From NCBI GenBank assembly GCA_023389255.1, contig JAEWER010000033.1, positions 198 through 64,197 on the forward strand: 64,000 nt of DNA. The letters are read 5' to 3'. The notes beneath the pieces are model-generated. The model was given only the letters and a program-made list of their open reading frames with translations, searched no databases and was not told where the DNA came from. Of the stretch, positions 18,273 to 26,001 are shown piece after piece. The translations under genes were made by a program, and so were the position numbers. Position 1 is the stretch's first letter. Each line of letters begins with the position of its first letter. The DNA comes from Bacillota bacterium. Its GTDB lineage: Bacteria; Bacillota; Clostridia; Saccharofermentanales; DTU023.

Positions 18273-19658
18273 CTAATCATTACTTGCTTGTTCGCTCTTA
18301 AATTCATTGAGCAAGTCTAAATAATCGGCATGTTGATATCTTCTTACTTTGTCATGTAGTGGATTAGCGAAAAATACGATATCTCCTGCTACATCACGTG
18401 CTTCTAGGCGCACATAATCATTTCGCTTGATCTTAGCTCTACCACGATATTCGCTAGATACTACAGTTTCAATAACCACACCGTTTTGCACCAATTGCCA
18501 CGTTACTTCTTTTTCGCAACTAGCATTAAGCATCACCTCGCCTGTAGTCCTACTACCTGGCAAAATAGTGTTGTTTGAACTGTCACGAAAATCAATGGTG
18601 ACGTTATATCCAACACTTAAATATGTATGCCCAGCTCGCATCGACTGAAGCAAATTAGTAGTCGACAAACCAGCGCAAAAAATGTGGTTGGTAGGTAAAC
18701 CCACTGGATAGGTTTCGCAGTAGTTCTTTTTATGAGCATCGCTACCACCGATAGCTGGTAACAAAATATCTTTTTGCCACAAGAAATCAAAGAACTGTAC
18801 CGCTGTTTGATTATCTACTTCTCTCGGCTTTAGGTAGGGTGAGTTAATCACTTCGATACAATCTACACTATCGATATCAAAATGGTGATTCATCTGCCAA
18901 TCGAGCGGAAATGGATGATTGATAGAAATACAGGCATTATCTCCCCAACGCTTTTTCACATCTTTAAAAAGTCGATCTAAAGCAACACTTTTGCTCTCAC
19001 ATCCTTGAAAATAAGAAGCATAATCAAGCAGTTCATCAATACCATAAATATTGTAGTGACCCTCATTGTCCCAGGTTATTTCTGTACCAGGAACCAATAA
19101 ATAGTTATGCCGTACAAATTTAGTGGTTATCAAGGAATGGTCAGTTAAAGCGATAAAATCAAGTTGTTTACGCTTTACTTCTTCGTCTATTTCTAGATGT
19201 GAAACCCTGCCATCTGAATAGTAGCTATGCAGGTGTAAATCGCCATGATACCAGCGTTTGTCACTAGCTATTAGTTGCTCTTTGGCACAGCCCAACACAC
19301 CAGCTATCTCTTTTCTATCCTCAATGCTTGTGGGTAGCTTGCTAGGCTCCACAGTTATTGTGTAGTCACCTACGACATGACAAACACACATAACTGTTAT
19401 TGTCCATTCACCAGCTGGTAACTCTCCAGCAACCGTTAAGTTGCTGGAGAATTGAGCATCTTTAGCAATACAGTATGTTGGCTTACGTGTTTTAAACGAT
19501 AGCAACGCTCTCAACTGCTGCTTGGCATCATGAATCATCACGGGACAGTGTGCAAACGGCCCCTGTAAAGTGACCAATAAAGCATCTGCTTCGCCTAGCG
19601 TAAAGCTATAACGATCTAACTGTGTTGTCTCTTGCTTAAAAACATCTTGAAACTGCAT
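18273..19658 (-). CDS. PHP-domain (CehA/McbA-like) metallohydrolase with a ~140-aa N-terminal beta-rich extension
   Basis: HGDLHLHSYYSDGR, IALTDHS, GGSDAH: PHP metal-binding His/Asp pattern. The ATG lies 1 nt after the PTS stop codon. Confidence 0.7.
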   Translation of the reverse strand: MQFQDVFKQETTQLDRYSFTLGEADALLVTLQGPFAHCPVMIHDAKQQLRALLSFKTRKPTYCIAKDAQFSSNLTVAGELPAGEWTITVMCVCHVVGDYTITVEPSKLPTSIEDRKEIAGVLGCAKEQLIASDKRWYHGDLHLHSYYSDGRVSHLEIDEEVKRKQLDFIALTDHSLITTKFVRHNYLLVPGTEITWDNEGHYNIYGIDELLDYASYFQGCESKSVALDRLFKDVKKRWGDNACISINHPFPLDWQMNHHFDIDSVDCIEVINSPYLKPREVDNQTAVQFFDFLWQKDILLPAIGGSDAHKKNYCETYPVGLPTNHIFCAGLSTTNLLQSMRAGHTYLSVGYNVTIDFRDSSNNTILPGSRTTGEVMLNASCEKEVTWQLVQNGVVIETVVSSEYRGRAKIKRNDYVRLEARDVAGDIVFFANPLHDKVRRYQHADYLDLLNEFKSEQASND

Positions 19659-19659
19659 A

Positions 19660-21288
19660 TTAACTTTCTAAAACATCTTTGACGTCAGCCGCTATACCAC
19701 CTACAGCAGGTCCATAAATAATCTGCAAGGCTTTATCACTTAGGCGAATGACACCAGCCGCTTTCAGCTGTTCAACAAATACACTGTCTTTTGCCACTTG
19801 ATCCATATCCTTAACTACTACACGCAGTCTAGAAATACAGTTATCGATATCTTCAATATTAGCTACTCCACCCAGAGCTTCTACAATTTTTTGTGCCAGT
19901 AGAGCATCCTCATCTGCACCTTGCTTTTCGCATTTACGACTTTCGTATTCCTTTTTCGAGATTAAATGAATATCTTCAGTTTCGACATTCGCTTCACGAC
20001 CAGGCGTTTGCACGTTAAATCTGATGATCAAGAAACGGAATAAGACATAAGCAACTGCAAAGAAAATAGGAATTAACCACAGATAGGGGGTAATGTAAAT
20101 TTTTTCAGGACGCAAGAAACAGGGAATCCAATCTTTGATATTGCCTTGGAAGATCGAGATTTGGAAATACTCACAAGCGACTTCACCTAATGCTGCTAAG
20201 GGCACATGGACTAGGAAGTATAACCAGGGAGCAACAAATAAGAAAGTAAATAAAATAGGCTCGGTAACACCGAACATGGTGGTTGCGATAATCGTCGGAA
20301 TCAACAGACCTGCAACTTTCTTTTTATTTTGCTTCTTTGCGCAGTGATAAATAGCTAAGGCTTCAGCGGGGAATAACGCGAAGTCAATAATACCAGCACC
20401 TCCCATGAACGCACGCACCAATAACTTACCTGGTTCAGGTGAAGCCAATTGTGCGAGTTGAATAGCGGAGTTACCAACAACTCGTACACCATCAACAGTG
20501 GCTACACCACCCAATTCAGTCCAGCGCATGGGCGTGGAAATGATGGGATGCATGCCGAAAGGTACCAGACCTTCATTTACTAGACGGTAGACGAAAGTAC
20601 CGTATAAACCTGAGTCATGTACAAATACGGCTAAATTAGCAAAGATTCCACCTATTAAAGGCCAAACAAAATACATACCTAAACCTAAAGCACCACCAAA
20701 ACATAGCGAAATAACTGGGATTGTGCGTGTGCCAGCAAAGAAAGATAGAGCTAAAGGCAATTTTGTTTTGTAGAACTTATTAGTGATATAAGCGACAAAA
20801 CAGCCAACGATGATGCCACCAAAAACACCTGAATTATAGGTGAAGAAGCCTAAGCTGTTGGTATACAAAGCTGCAATTTTGGCTGCTTCGACCGGAGATG
20901 TTCCTGCTTCAATCAACGATTTAACAGATGTGTTGCTCGCTTCAAGCCCCGCTATTTTTAACAGGATTTGAATTGTATTTTGCATTGCTAAATAGCTGAT
21001 CAGAGCAGAAAATCCAGCCCAACCTTTTTCTTTACGTGCGAGGGAGAAAGCACAGCCAACTGCATAAAGTGGACCTAAATTACCAATTATGACGCTACCC
21101 ATCCCCTTAATAACGGAGAACAAATTAAATAAGAACGACTGCGAGTACCAATCCCAGTTAACACCTAGAGAGGTCATGGTTAACTCGGATGTCAACGCAC
21201 CGCCTAAACCTAAAAACAAACCGGATAGTGCGATCAAGCTGATCGGCACTAGCATCGCTTTGCCGAACTGTTGAAACTTCTCTTTCAC
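19660..21288 (-). CDS. PTS sugar transporter subunit EIICB (glucose/maltose/GlcNAc family, C-to-B order)
   Basis: Roughly 10-TM EIIC. C-terminal EIIB with GGVANIEDIDNCISRLRVVVKD (compare PtsG ...DACITRLRV). GTG start preceded by AAAGAGG. Confidence 0.85.
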   Translation of the reverse strand: MKEKFQQFGKAMLVPISLIALSGLFLGLGGALTSELTMTSLGVNWDWYSQSFLFNLFSVIKGMGSVIIGNLGPLYAVGCAFSLARKEKGWAGFSALISYLAMQNTIQILLKIAGLEASNTSVKSLIEAGTSPVEAAKIAALYTNSLGFFTYNSGVFGGIIVGCFVAYITNKFYKTKLPLALSFFAGTRTIPVISLCFGGALGLGMYFVWPLIGGIFANLAVFVHDSGLYGTFVYRLVNEGLVPFGMHPIISTPMRWTELGGVATVDGVRVVGNSAIQLAQLASPEPGKLLVRAFMGGAGIIDFALFPAEALAIYHCAKKQNKKKVAGLLIPTIIATTMFGVTEPILFTFLFVAPWLYFLVHVPLAALGEVACEYFQISIFQGNIKDWIPCFLRPEKIYITPYLWLIPIFFAVAYVLFRFLIIRFNVQTPGREANVETEDIHLISKKEYESRKCEKQGADEDALLAQKIVEALGGVANIEDIDNCISRLRVVVKDMDQVAKDSVFVEQLKAAGVIRLSDKALQIIYGPAVGGIAADVKDVLES

Positions 21289-21316
21289 GGCCTACCTCTT
21301 TCTATGTGCCCAGAGC

Positions 21317-21345
21317 ACAATTAATAAAACGTTTTATTTAATTGT
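21317..21345. promoter_or_regulatory. 29-bp near-perfect palindrome, a candidate operator upstream of the PTS operon
   Basis: ACAATTAATAAAAC|GTTTTATTTAATTGT, with perfect core ATAAAACGTTTTAT. It lies 29-57 nt upstream of the GTG start. The central AAACGTTT resembles LacI-family operators. Confidence 0.5.
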
Positions 21346-21447
21346 ATACCCGCAAGTGTCAGTTAATTTGGGAGTTTTAATTTTGCAATAAGTCAGCAAA
21401 AAAAGAAGATATAAATAGATGGGTAAAGTTGCTGTGTGGCAAAGTTT

Positions 21448-21963
21448 TTAAGCCATTCTCCTATCTATTTCCGCTAGGATGTTTGGCATCTTAGCTCGGC
21501 TGGAAAAATATAACAGCTTAGATTTGTCGTGATACGTTTCTAAATAGGTTATGGAGGATGGTTTACGCCCTTTATATAAGATCCATTTGACAAACTCTAA
21601 ATCTAATTTTTCTTCGCATTCCTCTGCCATAGACGGTCTAGATTGGTTGTGATACTCAAGATAACGTCTTACAGCTCTCCATAAACATTTAAATCTGTTC
21701 ACTTTGAGCACCACAACAAGATCTGCCTCCTCTACTCTTCTCTCATAGGACAACGAAAAGTAATTACCATCCATAACCCAAGCTACATTGTTATTGAGAA
21801 AATCATTGAGAATTTTATTTTTCTCTTCTGCGTTTCGAACTACCCAGCCAGGTAGAAATTGAACCTGATCAAGATGTAGACAGGCAATTTTATATTTTGA
21901 GGCAAGCATCTCTGTCAGAGTGAATTTACCAGAACAGCTATAGCCAACTATCATTATTTTCAT
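21448..21963 (-). CDS. Topology-modulation-protein/adenylate-kinase-like small P-loop protein with a degenerate Walker A
   Basis: MKIMIVGYSCSGKFTLTEMLA...LHLDQVQFLPGWV...WVMDGNY. This matches the FlaR-like AAA family layout, but Walker A reads GYSCSGKF (Phe where Ser/Thr is expected). No obvious RBS. Confidence 0.6.
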   Translation of the reverse strand: MKIMIVGYSCSGKFTLTEMLASKYKIACLHLDQVQFLPGWVVRNAEEKNKILNDFLNNNVAWVMDGNYFSLSYERRVEEADLVVVLKVNRFKCLWRAVRRYLEYHNQSRPSMAEECEEKLDLEFVKWILYKGRKPSSITYLETYHDKSKLLYFSSRAKMPNILAEIDRRMA

Positions 21964-22156
21964 ATTTGGATTGTAGCATTATGGATGGGGCTGGGTTGGA
22001 AAAGTGTGCTCCGTCAGAGTGCAAGTAGGCTCAGATATATTTTGAGAGCTTAGAAGAAATAAAGTTACTTCAACCATGCTGTGTAGTGCTAGAAAAAAAC
22101 TAATGCTACAGATTTACGATACGTTTGGCTTTGTTATCTCTTCAATAAACAGGAGC

Positions 22157-22873
22157 TCAATGCTGTTTAACAATGGCACATAACTCCTTTGCATACAGAT
22201 CACTGTGGTTAATAGAAAACTCTCCGTGGTACATGGTCGGCAGTATATGTAAGCTGCTTTTTCTCAGCGTTTCATATAGCTTTCTTGCAGAAAACAAGAT
22301 ACGTTTATTATCTCTCTCCCCGACAAACAAATGGATTTCTGCCATACACTCTCCAAGAGACTTGTTTATGAAATACATAGAACTTTCTTGCAAGAACGCA
22401 AGCATATTTTGCTTCGTAATACCGCAAGTATCTTGATAATAGTCAATGAACAATTCTGGTTTCATTCCAAGTGAACGAAATTGCAATTTAGAAAACCATT
22501 TTTGCCGAATAAATCCATAACAAGCCCCAAATACTGGTTTAATCAACGAATAAATTAGTTTGGATGGAATAATCTCTGCACTCTCGACCATGGCAAAACG
22601 ACAGATGTTTTTTCGCTGGGATAACATTTCAAGTAATATTTGACCGCCAAGAGATAACCCACCAATTAGCAGTACCGAACCTCCAAAGTTCATATCAATA
22701 AAAGAAATGATTTCAGTAGCATTGTCTTTGATTGTTGTGAAATTTCTATCGCTTCCTGCGTGACCATCCAATATAGGAATAATTATCTGAAAGTCATTTT
22801 GAAGTCGTTCAGCTACTTCTCGGTAATTCCACCACAAACTCCTAAACTCAAGCAACTCCAAGCGTAAAAACAA
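22157..22873 (-). pseudogene. Alpha/beta-hydrolase remnant that appears 5'-truncated
   Basis: Nucleophile elbow GLSLGG at residue ~74 and PILDGHAGS at ~33, but no beta-strand plus HG oxyanion segment upstream. The only start is a TTG embedded in the T-tract of the upstream terminator. The first internal ATG is codon 61. Confidence 0.45.
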
Positions 22874-22900
22874 AAGATCCTGCCTGGGGCAGGATCTTCC
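22865..22900 (-). terminator. Rho-independent terminator of the hemerythrin/PAS gene
   Basis: An 11-bp stem (22874-22884 pairs with 22888-22898) followed on the minus strand by TTGTTTTT. Confidence 0.8.
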
Positions 22901-22971
22901 TTTTATTAATCCAAATCAGATAAATCAATGTGTCCCTAATGCTGGATACATATCAAAACACAAGCTCTCCT

Positions 22972-24381
22972 CTAATCATTTTGTTCTTCTCGCACCAACT
23001 CTAAAACACCTAAATACTTGCCTTCTGCATTGCGTACAGCTCGATACTCTACGACTAAATGAATCGGTCCTTTATTGACTTCACGCACAAATAAATCACG
23101 TTCTCCAGCTTTAAAGGCAGCAATCATTTTTCTAACCACCGCCTCTGCCTGCGGTGGATGACAACTATATACATCTCTACCTAGTGCTTGCTTCGGTCTT
23201 TTAAAATGTTTGAAGCCAGGACTTTCATTGAAATAACGGTTAGTATCGTTGGCATCAACAAAGGTAATTTCTTGTGGAATTGCATTGAGCATCGCAATCA
23301 ATTCTTCCTTAGTCAATGATCCATTATCTAAATCAATGCGTTCTTCCTCGGAAATAGTTCTGTTATCTGATTCGATCTTTGCCACTGTTTTAACCTCTGA
23401 ATTTGTATTCTCCGAAGAATTTCTAGCTATTTCCCAGTTTTTTTGTGCTACGCCAAGACATATCTCATATGCTTTAATGTCCTCATAGATCTTAATCCAG
23501 TCTTCGTGAGTCAACTGCTTAGCACACAGCGGAAGTAAGAATGATCTTTCCTTTTGACACATTTCTCGTAGGTTATCTAATAGTTCTTTACTAAAAAAGT
23601 TTTGGCGTTGCGCCTTAATCTCTCGCAATGCGCGATGTAATTCTTGGCGCAACTCAACATCTTTTCCCCACATAACTTTTGCCGGGCCGATAATACCGTA
23701 TTTTACATTCAGTAGAGGATAGATTAGATCACCTTTCTTCGCATAATGAATCGGTATTTGTGCCAATTCTGAACAGAGCAAGCTTATTTTTTGCTCATCC
23801 GCAAAATCATCCCCCTTAAATTGACTTGCTTTATCTAAAACTTTTTCAATCGCTCCTACCTCTGCTTCAAAATATTTAAGCGGGTGAGCTGTTTCTAATT
23901 CAGGCAGAGTAGCGGAACAAGTGTACGCTTTTTGATCTTGGAATAAAGCTGAATGCAGATCACACAGTTTTTGTATTTCTTTTGCTGGAATCCCGCTTTC
24001 CATCAATGCTTTTTCAGCTGCCATAATTTCATTGACATCAACATTACTAAACTGTTTTTTGAATCTCTCACGTACTGTAGCTAATTCTTCTCCTGCGTGT
24101 AGACTGTGCAATAGATCTCTGAGTTGCTCTACTTTATCCTCACTGATAGTAGCGGAGTTCATATCTAGTGCATATCCTGCTTTTTGCAAGCTGTTTACAA
24201 TGCGAACCCAGGAAATACCTTTCATTTTGGCACCACGTTGTAAGTTCATGCGCTTACCTACTGTTTTTCTAACGAGTGGATTTTTAATCTCGGTAAAACC
24301 TATATCCGCTAAAACATCAATTAAATCGGGATATTCTTGTGTCAAACTATATACGGATCGATTTTTATCTAAAATAATCAT
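22972..24381 (-). CDS. DUF1858 / hemerythrin-like / DUF438 / PAS multidomain sensor-type protein
   Basis: N-terminal SVYSLTQEYPDLIDVLADIGF...KTVGKRMNLQRGAKMKGI (DUF1858-like). Central His/Glu-rich helical region. C-terminal ITFVDANDTNRYFN...VYSCHPPQ...VEYRAVRNAEGKYLGVLE (PAS-like). AGGAGG RBS. Confidence 0.7.
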   Translation of the reverse strand: MIILDKNRSVYSLTQEYPDLIDVLADIGFTEIKNPLVRKTVGKRMNLQRGAKMKGISWVRIVNSLQKAGYALDMNSATISEDKVEQLRDLLHSLHAGEELATVRERFKKQFSNVDVNEIMAAEKALMESGIPAKEIQKLCDLHSALFQDQKAYTCSATLPELETAHPLKYFEAEVGAIEKVLDKASQFKGDDFADEQKISLLCSELAQIPIHYAKKGDLIYPLLNVKYGIIGPAKVMWGKDVELRQELHRALREIKAQRQNFFSKELLDNLREMCQKERSFLLPLCAKQLTHEDWIKIYEDIKAYEICLGVAQKNWEIARNSSENTNSEVKTVAKIESDNRTISEEERIDLDNGSLTKEELIAMLNAIPQEITFVDANDTNRYFNESPGFKHFKRPKQALGRDVYSCHPPQAEAVVRKMIAAFKAGERDLFVREVNKGPIHLVVEYRAVRNAEGKYLGVLELVREEQND

Positions 24382-24429
24382 ATTACTAGTTCCTCCTTAG
24401 TTAGCATAGGCTAATTCTAATTGAGAAAC

Positions 24430-24445
24430 TGTGTTTTCTGGCACA
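24430..24445. promoter_or_regulatory. CRP/FNR-type half-site palindrome TGTG-N8-CACA at class-II distance from a candidate -10
   Basis: TGTGTTTTCTGGCACA. Exactly 21 nt separate it from TATGCT (minus strand, 24408-24403). That places the box centre at about -41.5 if transcription starts 7 nt past the -10. Confidence 0.4.
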
Positions 24446-24540
24446 TAGCAGCTAAAAAATTGAGTGTCGACCAACATGGATTCATACAGATAGCTCTAAC
24501 GAAGCATCGCTAAACAAAAGCTTAAAACAACAGTTGCTCT

Positions 24541-25992
24541 CTACTTTGCCAGTAGTTCCTTAAAAGACCACCGGCAAACCTTTCCGTTTACAACAGCAAC
24601 AACCTTACTATTTTCTAAAGATTTAACTTCATTCTTATCTAGCGGTACACCACACAATACATAATGGGCATAATCAGAAGTAAATGACAAGTGTTCACCG
24701 TCTATCTCCAAATATAGTTCTGTTATACCTTTAGGTAGATTAGTTAGTTTTACTGTAGCTAGTGCTTGTGACTCCGTTACTTCTGCCTGTGGTTTAGTAA
24801 AACCTTTTGACTCAACTTTTTCACGTTTCTCTACTTCAGCTGAATAACTTTGAGGTAAGCTAAAATGTGCAAGTCTTTCTGGATCAAAATAGTGTTTAGT
24901 CAAGGAATAATCTGCCTGCTCAAAAACTATAACATCGGGCTTGAAAATATCCACGTAGTAGCTAAAATCCAAAATATTTTGATAAGCATGTACAGCGGTA
25001 TAATCTACAAAAGCATTTGCAGGTAGAATGTAGCGATCTCCACTAAAGAGGTAGCTACCTTGAAAAAATAAAGATTTGGGAGCTTCAATATCTTTATCCT
25101 TTGCTCTCTCTGGGTTATATAAACTGATAAACTTCTTATTTTGCGAATCAATATGTAAACCCTTCTGATATAAATTGCTACGATCTTTTAGGGATGCATG
25201 CAAGTTCCAAACAGGTACATCTTCCTTGATCGCAAAATTGGAAAGAGGTAGAGTACGAGCAGTTTTAACCCCTCTATCAAACTCAGCCAACGCATTTAGA
25301 TGTTGAGTGGGATATTTCTGTTTAATAGTAGCAAGCAAATCATTAACACCATAGTAAGCACCCAAATAATTCCAGTGATTAGCGTCGTACTGATGATTAA
25401 AGACCTGCTCTCCTGCCAAAAACTTTTCACGCAAAACATCATAGGTATCAATGCAGGGAACTCCTAATTCTTGCAAACGCGAAACTATTTTCTCTGCATA
25501 TGACATCTTCAAAGTTCCACCTGAAGGTAGGTAATCATATAAAACTCGATATTTGGCTGGCTCCATCATAAAAATGAAGTAAATTCCACGTTCATCACAA
25601 TATTGCTTCATCTTGTACACAGCTTGCACAAAGTCTTCGTGAAAAGAATCATATTCCATATCCTTGTTAAAGCTGAAGCGACTTTCTTTGCCAAATACCT
25701 CACCATCTCTGCCATATGTATAGATAGGGTGCACCAACTCATGCCAAAGCCTATCATGTAGAACTTGATATCCGTTAATTAATTGCTCACGAAAACCTAG
25801 TCGCTTATCTATATATTCATGCCACGCTGCACAGTAATCTGCAAAATGTGAATATGAAGACAGCTGAGGTCGTTCTGGATAGTAAGTATTATCCAGTTCG
25901 GAAATCAATTTAGGTTGCGTTCTAAGCCACAATACTGGTAGTAACAATATCAGCAAGAAAAGTACTACAAAACCTCTCTTAAATATCTTCAT
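24541..25992 (-). CDS. AlgJ/AlgX/DHHW-like SGNH-type O-acyltransferase partner protein (N-terminal TM anchor)
   Basis: N-terminal TM. YDANHWNYLGAYYG contains the D-x-x-H-W signature of AlgJ/AlgX/DHHW proteins. Sits 9 nt downstream of an MBOAT gene. Confidence 0.6.
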   Translation of the reverse strand: MKIFKRGFVVLFLLILLLPVLWLRTQPKLISELDNTYYPERPQLSSYSHFADYCAAWHEYIDKRLGFREQLINGYQVLHDRLWHELVHPIYTYGRDGEVFGKESRFSFNKDMEYDSFHEDFVQAVYKMKQYCDERGIYFIFMMEPAKYRVLYDYLPSGGTLKMSYAEKIVSRLQELGVPCIDTYDVLREKFLAGEQVFNHQYDANHWNYLGAYYGVNDLLATIKQKYPTQHLNALAEFDRGVKTARTLPLSNFAIKEDVPVWNLHASLKDRSNLYQKGLHIDSQNKKFISLYNPERAKDKDIEAPKSLFFQGSYLFSGDRYILPANAFVDYTAVHAYQNILDFSYYVDIFKPDVIVFEQADYSLTKHYFDPERLAHFSLPQSYSAEVEKREKVESKGFTKPQAEVTESQALATVKLTNLPKGITELYLEIDGEHLSFTSDYAHYVLCGVPLDKNEVKSLENSKVVAVVNGKVCRWSFKELLAK

Positions 25993-26001
25993 AGCTCACC
26001 T

